A DNA stretch of 63,722 nt, the filler included. It is 7 parts of 7 records of this genome, joined end to end, with 100 filler letters (N's around TTAATTAATTAA, not from the genome) between each part and the next. Parts side by side here need not be neighbours in the genome. Positions count along the whole stretch, not along the records: positions 1 to 27,431 come from SRR2962707_3650; 6 more parts are not named here. One strand, written 5' to 3'. The translations under genes and the position numbers were made by a program. The notes under the pieces were generated by a model. That model was not told where the DNA came from. It did no database searches and saw only the letters and a program-made list of their open reading frames with translations. Shown here piece by piece: positions 8,896-18,994 of this stretch (position 1 is its first letter; every line of letters starts with the position of its first letter).

Positions 8896-9105
8896 ATGAA
8901 GACCCTCGAACTTCAGATCGACACAATTGAGCAGCAGATCAGCGCGGCTCATGGGGAAGAACGCAGGCAGCTTATTTCAAAATTGGCGGCGGCCGTGGAT
9001 AAGTTAGCCAAAAAGGGTGGGGCGCTCAATGAGACACGGCGCACACGTTTGGACAATTTGTCGGACGAAGCGTTGGAAGCGCAATTTGATAACATGCCGA
9101 TCTAG
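8896..9105 (+). CDS. Small hypothetical protein
   Basis: GGAGG RBS at 8883-8887. Helical 69-aa ORF ending EAQFDNMPI. Confidence 0.65.
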   Translation: MKTLELQIDTIEQQISAAHGEERRQLISKLAAAVDKLAKKGGALNETRRTRLDNLSDEALEAQFDNMPI

Positions 9106-9210
9106 GGGCGACCAACCCTTGCCATGAAGACCAGATTGGATTCTACTGCACCTAAGCGTAATGCATACTCCTGAGGAGTTCGGCCAGACGTGGTCGAAAC
9201 GGGGTGGTGG

Positions 9211-11190
9211 ATGGAGAAAACGGTCAAATCTTCAGTGGCAGATGGGGTTGCCTTTCTGGTGGTAGAAGACCCTCCGGCAAATGTTTTGTCGGTGGGTTCT
9301 CGTGTCGGCCTGGTTGAACGATTAAAACTGGCGGTCGATGATCCTACGGTTCAAGAAATTGTTCTTTTAGGGCACGGCAGTACCTTTCCAACACAACCAG
9401 ATCTTTCTGAATACGATGAGCCAATAGACGGTCCGTCGTTGTCCGAACTGTGCTTAGCCGTTGAAAACTGTGCTAAACCGGTTGTCGCAGCCATACATGG
9501 CACCGCATTTGGGGGCGCGTTTGAATTGGCTCTCGCGGCCCATTACAGGATAGCGCATTCCCACGCAAAAGTCGGTTTTCCCAATGTTAAATTGGGTATC
9601 ACCCCCAACGCTGGGGGCACGCAACGCGGCGCGCGTTTAATGGGGGCGAAACTTACCCTTGATCTTTTGTTAAGCGGTGTTTCGGTTGCGGTCACTGACA
9701 AGCGCCTGGCGCCGGTGTTTGACTGGATCACAGATAAGCCCTTGGCCCAGGCGGCATTGGCATTTTGTACAACTTTGCGTGCGAAAGAACGGGGGGCCCG
9801 TAAAACTTCGAAGCGGACATTGGGTTTTCGGGATTTTCAGGCCTATTCAGAGGAAATTCGACGGCGACGGGCGCTTCAGGAACCTTTGTTAGAAACCGCA
9901 CCAAAGGAGATCGTCTCTTGTGTTGAGGCCGCGGCTTTGCTGCCTTTTGAAGCGGGGCTAGAATTTGAAACGGTGGCTTTTGAGACCACGTTTTATTCGG
10001 ATCAATCAATAGCGCTACGCCATGCCTTTCAGGCCGAAAGACGTTGCCTTCACGGGATCGCATCGGCGATTGACGGTATCAAAGATCTTAACACGCTTGT
10101 TGTTCTAGGTGGTGGCGTGCTGGCTCTTAGCTTGGTGCGTCTTGGGCTCGATGCTGGCATGACCGTGCGTTGGGGAGTCCGTGATCCGGATGTGCGCAGT
10201 GTCGGGCTTGCGACGTTACGCGCGGAATTTCAACCGCGTGACAAAGGATCTGTTGAGCGCTTGAGCGCAGGTTCAGGCGAGGAAATGGTTGTGGGTGGGG
10301 ATATTATCCTTCTGGCGGCCCCGGGGCAAAGTGCGATTGCGGCCACGCAACCCGTTCCGCGCATCAAAATGTTCTCAGACAGGATTGATGGTGTTGGGTT
10401 GCGGTTTGCGACCCCCATTCCAACAGCGCGCTTAGCTGAAATCATCCGGGGGCCCAATGCCACGGGACAGGACCTAAAGGCGGCGGCGGCCTTGTGCCGG
10501 AAATTTGCGAAACTGCCGGTCATCACCACCTCACCAGGATATACCGTTACAGAGCGGTTGGCGGCGGCCGTCTATCGGGCTGCCGATGGTTTGGTGGATT
10601 ACGGACTCTCGCCATATGCCATTGATGCAGCGCTGTTCCAGTGGGGCTGGACACGGCCACCATTCTTACTCCGCGATATGCGCGGGATCGCGGCGACATC
10701 TCAATTACCTCGTGCCAAGGGCTGTCACAACTGGGGGGCCGTGGTGGTCGAGCTTGGTCGGGAAGGACAGGCCACAGGGGCCGGGTTCTATGATTTTCCA
10801 AATGGGGCCGCGCCGACCCCGTCCAGTGAGGTACAGGCTGCAATTGACAAGCTCCGCCCCTCTGTTGCCAGCCTGTCGCCTGATGATATCGTAAAGCTAA
10901 TAATTGGCGCCATGGCGAATGAAGGGACACGCATGCTGTCCGGGAAATGGTCTCATTGCCCGTCAGATATCGACGTCGCGGCCATGCTGGGATTTGACTT
11001 TCCCAGATTTAGAGGTGGACCCATGCAAGCGGCAGATCAATTCGGTCTCTTCACTTTGGCGAACAGAATGAAGAAACTGGATCACCCAGATACTGCCTTT
11101 TGGACACCGCACCCGATCATCATCGAGCTGATAAAAAACGGGTACAAGTTTTCGGACTTAAATGAAGATTTGTCACAAACGCCTGCTTAG
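9211..11190 (+). CDS. Enoyl-CoA hydratase/3-hydroxyacyl-CoA dehydrogenase (FadJ-like) homolog with degenerate catalytic residues
   Basis: Crotonase motifs (KPVVAAIHGTAFGGAFELALAAHYR, PNAGGTQR) and HAD C-terminal motifs (DIDVAAMLGFDFPRFRGGPM). Start could be 9190. Confidence 0.8.
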   Translation: MEKTVKSSVADGVAFLVVEDPPANVLSVGSRVGLVERLKLAVDDPTVQEIVLLGHGSTFPTQPDLSEYDEPIDGPSLSELCLAVENCAKPVVAAIHGTAFGGAFELALAAHYRIAHSHAKVGFPNVKLGITPNAGGTQRGARLMGAKLTLDLLLSGVSVAVTDKRLAPVFDWITDKPLAQAALAFCTTLRAKERGARKTSKRTLGFRDFQAYSEEIRRRRALQEPLLETAPKEIVSCVEAAALLPFEAGLEFETVAFETTFYSDQSIALRHAFQAERRCLHGIASAIDGIKDLNTLVVLGGGVLALSLVRLGLDAGMTVRWGVRDPDVRSVGLATLRAEFQPRDKGSVERLSAGSGEEMVVGGDIILLAAPGQSAIAATQPVPRIKMFSDRIDGVGLRFATPIPTARLAEIIRGPNATGQDLKAAAALCRKFAKLPVITTSPGYTVTERLAAAVYRAADGLVDYGLSPYAIDAALFQWGWTRPPFLLRDMRGIAATSQLPRAKGCHNWGAVVVELGREGQATGAGFYDFPNGAAPTPSSEVQAAIDKLRPSVASLSPDDIVKLIIGAMANEGTRMLSGKWSHCPSDIDVAAMLGFDFPRFRGGPMQAADQFGLFTLANRMKKLDHPDTAFWTPHPIIIELIKNGYKFSDLNEDLSQTPA

Positions 11191-11402
11191 CCGAGAAAGA
11201 TACCGACAATCACAGTCATCAACCCGATCACTGAGATAAAGAGCGCGCCCATATTTAGGGGCACGACTTTTTGGACGACGGCGCGCAGTTCTTCGTCGCT
11301 TAGCCCTGATTTGCGTGCTTTTGCCACGCGCGCAATGCTTAGGATCAGGCCGATAAGCCCAATCAGAGAAATTGCAGCACCGGTCCAGATAATAGCGTCC
11401 AT
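11187..11402 (-). CDS. Small two-TM hypothetical membrane protein
   Basis: 71 aa, two hydrophobic helices around a charged loop (SDEELR). Confidence 0.7.
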   Translation of the reverse strand: MDAIIWTGAAISLIGLIGLILSIARVAKARKSGLSDEELRAVVQKVVPLNMGALFISVIGLMTVIVGIFLG

Positions 11403-11523
11403 CGCTTCAGCCCTTCATTTTGTTTGACGTTCAGCGCGGTAATCCAAGCTGAGGGCATCTTCAACCCTTGATGACGTTGACAGGGAGCGGTATCGAAAGG
11501 GCCTTATTGCCAGGAGAGCACCC

Positions 11524-11793
11524 ATGGAACCGACAGAAGAACACTCCTCAGACGCAACATACCGTGTGGCCGCCGGCGAATTACGCCAATTTATTGAGCG
11601 GATTGAGCGGTTGGATGCAGAAAAAAAAGACCTGGCTGATCAGCAAAAAGAGGTCATGGCCGAAGCGAAGGGGCGTGGATACGACACCAAGGTCATTCGT
11701 AAAGTGATTGCGCTGCGCAAGCGCGAACCTGACGACATTGCCGAAGAAGAAGCCGTCATGGAAATGTACAAGGAAGCTTTGGGGATGTCTTAA
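11524..11793 (+). CDS. gapR: DUF2312/GapR-like nucleoid-associated protein
   Basis: ELRQFIERIERL...AEAKGRGYDTKVIRKVIALRK...EEEAVMEMY. AGGAG RBS. Confidence 0.88.
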   Translation: MEPTEEHSSDATYRVAAGELRQFIERIERLDAEKKDLADQQKEVMAEAKGRGYDTKVIRKVIALRKREPDDIAEEEAVMEMYKEALGMS

Positions 11794-11899
11794 CATCCTT
11801 TTGTCAATGTAACAGTTTTGTTGCGGTAATTTGACAGTGATCAAGGCGGGCCATTGGCTCGCCTTTTATTATGGGCGCAACGCAATGATCGGAGCATCC

Positions 11900-12868
11900 A
11901 TGACAGAGTCCCCCACGAAACCTTCTGCCGTCAACATTATCCAAACCCCAGCGCCAAGCCGACCGACGCAAAAAAGCAATGCGCCGACGGCTGAGCAAGT
12001 ACGTCATGCTTTTGAGTCTGGGGAGTACCCTTATGATACGCGGCTTTCTCGGCGCAGCTATGAGCGTCAAAAAGCGCAGCTACAGGCCGAGTTGCTTAAG
12101 GTTCAGTTGTGGGCACAAGAGAGTGATCAGAAATTTGTTCTGTTATTCGAAGGTCGGGATGCGGCGGGCAAGGGCGGAACGATCAAACGCTTTACTGAGC
12201 ATTTGAATCCCCGTGCTGCCCGGGTTGTCGCGCTGAATAAGCCAACGTGGGAAGAAAAAGGCCAGTGGTACTATCAACGATATATCCAAGAGCTGCCAAC
12301 GGTTGGTGAAATGGTGTTCTATGACAGGTCTTGGTACAACCGCGCCGGCGTAGAACGTGTCATGGGGTTCTGTGAACCGACCGAGTATCTGGAGTTTATG
12401 CGGCAGACACCTGATTTAGAACGGATGCTCGTGCGCTCAGGGATCAGGCTTTACAAATATTGGTTCTCGGTAACGCGAGAAGAACAAAAGCGGCGCTTTG
12501 ACAGCCGGGCGACGGACCCGCTGAAACAGTGGAAACTCTCCCCGATCGATAAGGCAAGTCTGGGCAAGTGGGATGATTATACAGAAGCCAAAGAAGCGAT
12601 GTTCTTCTACACGGACACCGCAGATGCGCCTTGGACTATTGTGAAATCCAATGACAAGAAACGCGCGCGCCTGAACTGTATGCGCCACTTTTTGTCGACG
12701 GTGGACTATCCAGGCAAAGATCCAAAGATTGCTTGCGCACCAGATTCATTGATCGTCGGTGGGGCCAATCATGTGATCCAACGTTCTGACCATATATTGG
12801 GAACGGCTTTGCATCCGAACGGACGCCACGTCACCGGTGATGAAGCGCCTAAAAATGAGACGATTTGA
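11900..12868 (+). CDS. ppk2: Polyphosphate kinase 2
   Basis: FEGRDAAGKGG Walker A, DRSWYNRAGVERVMGFC and WKLSPID motifs. Confidence 0.95.
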   Translation: MTESPTKPSAVNIIQTPAPSRPTQKSNAPTAEQVRHAFESGEYPYDTRLSRRSYERQKAQLQAELLKVQLWAQESDQKFVLLFEGRDAAGKGGTIKRFTEHLNPRAARVVALNKPTWEEKGQWYYQRYIQELPTVGEMVFYDRSWYNRAGVERVMGFCEPTEYLEFMRQTPDLERMLVRSGIRLYKYWFSVTREEQKRRFDSRATDPLKQWKLSPIDKASLGKWDDYTEAKEAMFFYTDTADAPWTIVKSNDKKRARLNCMRHFLSTVDYPGKDPKIACAPDSLIVGGANHVIQRSDHILGTALHPNGRHVTGDEAPKNETI

Positions 12869-12960
12869 AAACTAGGGCAAGGCTCTTTGGTTTTGATCTG
12901 ATATGAGCACCAGCAAATGCGCCGACTCAGCGCATTTGCTTATCCGTAAGAGTTGGACTC

Positions 12961-14328
12961 ATGTCGATCAATACACTGTCATACCCGGGCCACGCCCGGG
13001 CGCTTCTGGTTTTGGGCCTGCCTTTGATGGGCGGTCACCTTGCGCAATTCGCAATTGGTTTAACCGACACGATCATGATCGGCTGGTATGGGGTTGATGA
13101 ATTGGCGGCGCTGACCTTGGCGACGTCTTGGTTCTTTGTCTTGTTTTTGTTTGGCGCCGGGTTTGCCTGGGCAGTTATGCCCATGGTGGCCAGCTACAAC
13201 GCTTCCGGTGATCAGCAAATGGTGCGGCGGGCAACCCGTATGGGGTTATGGCTTTCGATCCTGTTCTTTTTGGCGGCGTTTCCTTTGCTTTGGTGGTCCA
13301 AGCCAATCTTAATGATGTTTGGTCAGACCGAAGAACTGGCGGCCGAAGCACAGCTTTATTTGCGGATCGCTGGCTTTGGTATGCTGCCGGCATTGTGTGT
13401 GCTTGTCTTGAAAAGCTACCTTGCCGCGATGGAGCGGACTCAGGTCATTCTGTGGATCACAGTTGCCGCGGCCGGGGTGAACATCCTTGGCAACTATGCT
13501 TTGATCTTCGGTAATTTCGGACTGCCTGAGTTGGGCATTCGCGGTGCGGCTATTTCATCCTTGATTGTGCAGCTGGTGTCGATTTTGGGCGTCGCTGGTT
13601 ATGCGGTTCTAACGCTCCCGGAACATGGGTTGTTCCAGCGTTTCTGGCGGCCCGACGCGGAAGTTTTCAGAAGCGTTTTTAAACTGGGATGGCCCATTGG
13701 CTTAACCAGCTTTGCCGAAGTTGGTTTGTTTGTGGGCGGCACATTGATGATGGGCTGGCTTGGTACTGTCACCTTGGCGGCGCATGGGATTGTGATGCAG
13801 ATCGTGTCTGCCACGTTTATGATCCACTTGGGGCTTAGCAACGCGGCCACGGTTCGGGCCGGCGCGTCGCTTGGAAAAGGCGATGTTGAGGGGCTTGCCC
13901 GCACGGCTCATATGGCAATTCTATCTTCTGTTATTGTCGCCTTGGTGACCACATTTGCCTTTCTTCAATGGCCCGAGGTCTTGATCAATCTCTTCTTAGA
14001 CAAGAACGAACCTCAACTGGGGCAGATCTTGTCGATTGGCATTTTGCTTCTGGCGATGGGGGCTCTATTCCAGCTTTTTGATGGGACACAAGCCGTTGCC
14101 CTGGGATTGCTGCGCGGGCTGCAGGATACCACCGTGCCGATGCAGATCGCGGCCTTTTCTTACTGGGTCGTCGGCTTGGGCAGCAGCTATGGGTTTGGGT
14201 TTGTTCTTGGCTGGGGCGCGTCGGGTGTTTGGATGGGATTGATCCTTGGGTTGGTTGTCGCGTCGGCATTGCTGTTGCTGCGTTTTTGGCGCAATGTCCT
14301 GCCCGGTTTACGCAAGGCAGCCCCCTAA
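12961..14328 (+). CDS. MATE family efflux transporter (NorM-like)
   Basis: About 12 TM segments. DTIMIGWYG, LIFGNFGLPELGIRGAA, FQLFDGTQ and LRGLQDT motifs. Confidence 0.9.
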   Translation: MSINTLSYPGHARALLVLGLPLMGGHLAQFAIGLTDTIMIGWYGVDELAALTLATSWFFVLFLFGAGFAWAVMPMVASYNASGDQQMVRRATRMGLWLSILFFLAAFPLLWWSKPILMMFGQTEELAAEAQLYLRIAGFGMLPALCVLVLKSYLAAMERTQVILWITVAAAGVNILGNYALIFGNFGLPELGIRGAAISSLIVQLVSILGVAGYAVLTLPEHGLFQRFWRPDAEVFRSVFKLGWPIGLTSFAEVGLFVGGTLMMGWLGTVTLAAHGIVMQIVSATFMIHLGLSNAATVRAGASLGKGDVEGLARTAHMAILSSVIVALVTTFAFLQWPEVLINLFLDKNEPQLGQILSIGILLLAMGALFQLFDGTQAVALGLLRGLQDTTVPMQIAAFSYWVVGLGSSYGFGFVLGWGASGVWMGLILGLVVASALLLLRFWRNVLPGLRKAAP

Positions 14329-14414
14329 TTCGGCGCTAACATTCCCGCTTGCAACATCGCTCACGCATCGGCAGAACTTTCCCAAGGCATAAAGAGCATG
14401 TGGGGGCATTTGCC

Positions 14415-15185
14415 ATGACGGAATACGCAACTTTTCATGATTTGTCGGAAGCATCAGTGTTCATTTCCGGAGGTGGCTCTGGAATCGGGGCAGCCTTGAC
14501 CGAAGGATTTTTGCAACAGGGCGCAAAAGTTGGATTTGTTCAACGTTCGGATGCGAGCGAATTTGTGGAGGAGATGACCGAGAAATACGGCAACGCCCCG
14601 GTCTTTGTGAAATGCGATGTGACCGATATCCCGTCTCTGAAAACGGCCTTGGCTTCGATTGCGGAACAGAACGGCCCGATTTCGGCCCTTGTGAATAATG
14701 CGGCGAATGACACACGGCATAGCTTGGCTGAAACCACTGTCGAGGATTGGGACACTTGCCAGAATATTAACCTGCGTCACCACTTCTTTGCGGCACAAGC
14801 GGTTGCGCCTGGAATGAAAGCGATGGGCGGCGGGTCAATCATCAACTTTTCCTCGATCACTTACATGATGGGGGCTGCTGGCCTTCCGGGATATGTGACG
14901 GCGAAGGCCGGTATCATGGGGCTGACGCGGGCATTGGCGCGCGAACTTGGCCCGGACCACATTCGCGTCAATGCCGTGATGCCGGGGTGGGTTCTTACAG
15001 AACGTCAAATGGAGCTTTGGGCCAAGCCTGAGTCTTTGGCCGCGCATTTGAAACGTCAATGTTTGCCAGAGCATCTGACGCCTAAGGATATGATCGATCC
15101 AGTTTTATTTCTGGCGTCGAAAACCAGCCGGATGATGACATCCCAGGCGATGGTTGTTGATGGGGGAACGGTGGCAACAGGATGA
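14415..15185 (+). CDS. SDR oxidoreductase, probable aldose (galactose/xylose/arabinose) 1-dehydrogenase
   Basis: SGGGSGIG, VNNAANDTRH, YVTAK (YxxxK) and PGWVLTERQ motifs. Coupled to dgoK. Confidence 0.8.
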   Translation: MTEYATFHDLSEASVFISGGGSGIGAALTEGFLQQGAKVGFVQRSDASEFVEEMTEKYGNAPVFVKCDVTDIPSLKTALASIAEQNGPISALVNNAANDTRHSLAETTVEDWDTCQNINLRHHFFAAQAVAPGMKAMGGGSIINFSSITYMMGAAGLPGYVTAKAGIMGLTRALARELGPDHIRVNAVMPGWVLTERQMELWAKPESLAAHLKRQCLPEHLTPKDMIDPVLFLASKTSRMMTSQAMVVDGGTVATG

Positions 15186-16093
15186 GCATTGATATGAAAT
15201 GGATCGCGGTTGACTGGGGGACGTCGCATGTCCGGGCCTGGGCGATGGACGCGCAAAACACTCCTCTGGAGATGTTTCACAGTGACAAGGGCATGGGTAA
15301 GCTCACGCCTGATCAATACGAAGACGCCTTGGTTGAATTGATGGGTGGCGCGTTGCCAGACCGTCCGCTGGACGTTGTTATTTGTGGGATGGCCGGGGCG
15401 AAGCAAGGGTGGTCCGAAGCGCCGTATGCCCAAACCCCGTGTTTGCCACCGACTGCGGATATCGCCACTCGTGTCTCGGTTCAGAATACCAATCTGAATG
15501 TCTATATCCTTCCGGGGGTCTCTCAGGATCAGCCGGCGGATGTCATGCGAGGAGAAGAGACCCAGATTGCTGGGTTTATGGCCGCCAATCCGCAGTTTGA
15601 CGGCGTTGTTTGTCTTCCGGGTACCCACACAAAATGGGCGCAAGTCAGCGCGGGCGAGATTGTGAGCTTTCGGACCTTTATGACCGGCGAAACCTTTGCA
15701 TTGTTGTCGACCCAATCGGTGCTGCGACATTCAGTAGGGGGCGGCGATTGGGAGCCGGAGATCTTTGGTGAAGCGGTTGGTAAGGCCTATGGTCGTCCCG
15801 GAAGCTTTGCTGCGCAACTGTTCTCTCTACGGGCCGAGTCTTTGCTTCATGATTTGACACCAAGTCAGGCCAAAGCCCGGTTGTCTGGTTTGCTGATAGG
15901 CTTGGAACTGGCGGGATCCAAACCGTATTGGTTGGGGCAGGCTATTGCCTTGGTCGGAGCAAACAGCCTGTCGACGATATACAAAGATGCCTTGGCGCTA
16001 CAGGGGGCCGAGGCTGCCATTGTTGATGCAGAGGCGATGACCTTGGCGGGACTGACCGCTGCCTATTCCAAATTGAAGGATATTTCCAAATGA
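15182..16093 (+). CDS. dgoK: 2-dehydro-3-deoxygalactonokinase
   Basis: IAVDWGTS, DVMRGEETQIAG, PGTHTKW and TFMTGE motifs. Confidence 0.93.
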   Translation: MSIDMKWIAVDWGTSHVRAWAMDAQNTPLEMFHSDKGMGKLTPDQYEDALVELMGGALPDRPLDVVICGMAGAKQGWSEAPYAQTPCLPPTADIATRVSVQNTNLNVYILPGVSQDQPADVMRGEETQIAGFMAANPQFDGVVCLPGTHTKWAQVSAGEIVSFRTFMTGETFALLSTQSVLRHSVGGGDWEPEIFGEAVGKAYGRPGSFAAQLFSLRAESLLHDLTPSQAKARLSGLLIGLELAGSKPYWLGQAIALVGANSLSTIYKDALALQGAEAAIVDAEAMTLAGLTAAYSKLKDISK

Positions 16094-16698
16094 GCCGGGC
16101 AATTATTGCAATTCTACGTGGAATCACTCCTGCCGATGCGGCTGAAGCGGCGCGTGCATTGGTCGACGCCGGGATCACGCGCATCGAAGTGCCGTTGAAT
16201 TCACCGGAGCCGATGACCAGTATTAAGATCATGTTGGAGACTGTGGGCGATGTTTCGCAAATTGGCGCAGGCACCGTCCTGAAGACCGAGCAGGTTGATG
16301 AATTGGCCGCAATGGGGGCCCATCTTGTTGTTTCGCCAGATTGCAACCCCGAGGTCATTGCCGCCACCAAAGCCGCCGGAATGTTGTCTTATCCCGGCGT
16401 GATGAGTCCGACAGAGTGTTTTGCGGCTTTGAAGGCAGGTGCGGACGGGTTGAAATTCTTTCCAGCGTTTCTGGTTGGCTCCAAGGGGATATCGGCCATC
16501 AAGGCTGTTCTGCCAGCGGGCACAGAAACCTATGCTGTCGGTGGTGTTGGCCCTGATGCCTTTGCAGAATGGCACGCTGCGGGAATCACGGGCTTTGGAT
16601 TGGGATCAAATCTTTACAAACCCGGGATGACGATTCCAGAAATTGCCCAACGCGCCGAAGAAGCCGTCGTGGCCTATGACAAGGTGTTCACAGCCTAA
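16090..16698 (+). CDS. dgoA: 2-dehydro-3-deoxy-6-phosphogalactonate aldolase
   Basis: IIAILRG, IEVPLNSP, IGAGTVL, LKFFPA and AVGGV motifs. Confidence 0.93.
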   Translation: MSRAIIAILRGITPADAAEAARALVDAGITRIEVPLNSPEPMTSIKIMLETVGDVSQIGAGTVLKTEQVDELAAMGAHLVVSPDCNPEVIAATKAAGMLSYPGVMSPTECFAALKAGADGLKFFPAFLVGSKGISAIKAVLPAGTETYAVGGVGPDAFAEWHAAGITGFGLGSNLYKPGMTIPEIAQRAEEAVVAYDKVFTA

Positions 16699-16793
16699 GA
16701 CAGCTATTTCGCAATTGTGATTAATTTTTAGGCGGAGCACGGCTTGGGTCCAAGTCTTTTGCGGGATGAGGCGGGTAAATTGTCGCCTTTTGA

Positions 16794-17696
16794 TTGCCCT
16801 GCCTTGAGACTTGCGAAGAAAGAGACGATTTTTGCGGCAAGAAATACCGAGGTGCCCTAATTCTGGACGCAACTACAATACCCAAGGCGCAATCTGTCGC
16901 CTCGCAGCGCGCACGCGGTGCCATTCGGCTTTCTGGTCGGGTGCGGGGAGCGTCGACGGTCATTGATGAATTGCATCAGTCAGGGTCGTTCAAACTGCTG
17001 TTTCCGCGACACTCTGATGCTGCTTTACAGGCCGTTGTGTTGAATACTGCCGGGGGCGTAACTGGTGGGGATCAATTCCGGTTGGCTGTAAAGGCTGACA
17101 CAGACGCGCATATGGTCCTGACAACGCAAGCCGCAGAGCGAATCTATCGTGCCCAGCCGGGCGAAATTGGATCAGTTTGCACGGATCTGACACTTGAAGA
17201 CGGCGCGCAACTTGACTGGTTGCCACAGGAAACGATCTTGTTTGATCGCGCAGCGCTTGACCGGTCCATCAAAATTTCCATGAAGGAGACATCGCGCTTT
17301 TTGTCATGTGAAACTTTGGTGTTTGGTCGCAAAACCATGGGTGAGACCGTTCAAGATCTTTATCTGAGGGACCGCTTCGATCTGCGGATCGACGGAAAAC
17401 TGGCTTTCGCAGACCGCTTGCGTCTCGATGGCGATGCAGAAAAGCAGCTGTTGCGACAAGCGATTTCTGATGGCGCAAACGCGATGACAAGTATCGTTTT
17501 TGCTGCGAAGGATGCGGCTCAAAATATCGACACATTGCGTGAATTACTGCCTGAGACAGGCGGTGCGAGCGCCTTGACCAACGACCTGATTTTCCTGCGG
17601 ATTCTGCGGGAAGACAGCTATTACTTGCGCCAGTCGGTGATACCGGTTCTGGCCCATCTTAACCAAGCGGCCTTGCCGCGCACCTGGATGATCTGA
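16794..17696 (+). CDS. ureD: Urease accessory protein UreD (true start probably downstream of 16794)
   Basis: LNTAGGVTGGD, TTQAAERIYR, WLPQETILF and LPRTW motifs. Confidence 0.92.
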   Translation: MPCLETCEERDDFCGKKYRGALILDATTIPKAQSVASQRARGAIRLSGRVRGASTVIDELHQSGSFKLLFPRHSDAALQAVVLNTAGGVTGGDQFRLAVKADTDAHMVLTTQAAERIYRAQPGEIGSVCTDLTLEDGAQLDWLPQETILFDRAALDRSIKISMKETSRFLSCETLVFGRKTMGETVQDLYLRDRFDLRIDGKLAFADRLRLDGDAEKQLLRQAISDGANAMTSIVFAAKDAAQNIDTLRELLPETGGASALTNDLIFLRILREDSYYLRQSVIPVLAHLNQAALPRTWMI

Positions 17697-17699
17697 TCT

Positions 17700-18002
17700 A
17701 TGCAATTGACTCCCCGTGAAAAAGACAAGTTGCTGGTGGCGATGGCCGCGATTGTCGCCCGTAAGCGCCTCGAAAGAGGTGTTAAACTGAACTATCCAGA
17801 GGCAATTGCATTGATCACAGATGCTGTTGTCGAAGGCGCCCGCGATGGCCGCAGCGTTGCTGATTTGATGGAAGCCGGCGCACAGGTGATCAGCCGGGAC
17901 CAATGTATGGACGGTATCCCTGAGATGATCCACGAGGTGCAGGTCGAAGCCACTTTCCCGGATGGCACCAAATTGGTCACTGTTCACAACCCTATCCGCT
18001 AA
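17700..18002 (+). CDS. ureA: Urease subunit gamma
   Basis: [11 protein letters not shown]...[17 protein letters not shown]. Confidence 0.98.
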   Translation: MQLTPREKDKLLVAMAAIVARKRLERGVKLNYPEAIALITDAVVEGARDGRSVADLMEAGAQVISRDQCMDGIPEMIHEVQVEATFPDGTKLVTVHNPIR

Positions 18003-18032
18003 GAGCGAAACTTGATGTCTGGAGACAAGCGT

Positions 18033-18203
18033 ATGAAATTTTTGGCACCCTTGACGGTTTTTGCTGCAACCCCGGCCCTGGCCCACGACGGCATGCATAT
18101 TCACCCGCATGATGGCGCAAGCTGGATGGTTGTCGCTGCGGCTCTGGCTGTGATCGCAGGCGCGGTTGCGCTACGTGTTGCGACCGCTAAGGCGTCAAAA
18201 TGA
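18033..18203 (+). CDS. Small exported His-rich membrane-anchored protein (HupE/UreJ-like N-terminus)
   Basis: GGAG RBS at 18021-18024. Signal peptide ending ALA, then HDGMHIHPH, then one TM helix. Stop overlaps the ureB start. Confidence 0.7.
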   Translation: MKFLAPLTVFAATPALAHDGMHIHPHDGASWMVVAAALAVIAGAVALRVATAKASK

Positions 18204-18508
18204 TCCCGGGCGAGGTTTTCCCCGCCGCCGGTGATTTAGTTCTGAATGCCGACGCAGACGCGATCACACTGACCGTTTCCAACACGGGGGACCGCCCGGT
18301 TCAGGTCGGGAGCCATTACCATTTTGCGGAATCGAATGTGGCTTTGGACTTTGATCGGGACACCGCGCGCGGCATGCGTCTGGATATCGCTGCCGGCACG
18401 GCGGTTCGGTTTGAACCCGGCCAGCGGCGCGATGTTCAATTGATCCCGATTTCTGGTGGGCGAACGATTTTCGGGTTCAACCAGAAAATCATGGGCGCGT
18501 TGGACTAA
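18200..18508 (+). CDS. ureB: Urease subunit beta
   Basis: [20 protein letters not shown] and [15 protein letters not shown] motifs. Confidence 0.97.
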   Translation: MIPGEVFPAAGDLVLNADADAITLTVSNTGDRPVQVGSHYHFAESNVALDFDRDTARGMRLDIAAGTAVRFEPGQRRDVQLIPISGGRTIFGFNQKIMGALD

Positions 18509-18552
18509 GGGTTTTCTTCACAATTCGGCGTGTTCCGGAAAGGTTAAGATCG

Positions 18553-18957
18553 TTGAAACATGTCAAGGCTTTAGGTCTTTGGGGGATGTTGGTGATTGGC
18601 AGTGGGGTCCAGGCACAAGGCTTGGATTGCACAAACCCGTCGTCTCAGGTCGAAATGACCGGCTGCGCCGCATTATCCTATGAAGCCGCTGACGCTGAGT
18701 TGAATCGGGCCTGGAAAACCGCGATGACGATGGCCAAAAGACTGGACGAAGGCTACGTCCCGGAAGGCCAACCTACGTCTGCGTCGATCCTTCGGGATGC
18801 GCAACGCAGTTGGATTGTCTATCGCGACAAAGCTTGCGAAGCCGAAAGCCTTTTGGCGCGCGGCGGAACGATGCAAAACCAGCTGTTTTATATCTGTCTT
18901 GACCGACAAACACGCCAACGCACCGAAGATCTCTTCTTCTTTGGGCAAGCTTATTAA
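18553..18957 (+). CDS. LprI/DUF1311 family secreted protein
   Basis: Signal peptide, then DC...SQVEMTGCA...ADAELN, LRDAQRSWIVYRDKAC and CL...TRQRT. Confidence 0.85.
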   Translation: MKHVKALGLWGMLVIGSGVQAQGLDCTNPSSQVEMTGCAALSYEAADAELNRAWKTAMTMAKRLDEGYVPEGQPTSASILRDAQRSWIVYRDKACEAESLLARGGTMQNQLFYICLDRQTRQRTEDLFFFGQAY

Positions 18958-18994
18958 TGAAAACGCGTGACACCATTCTGTCTAGGAGCGGAAA

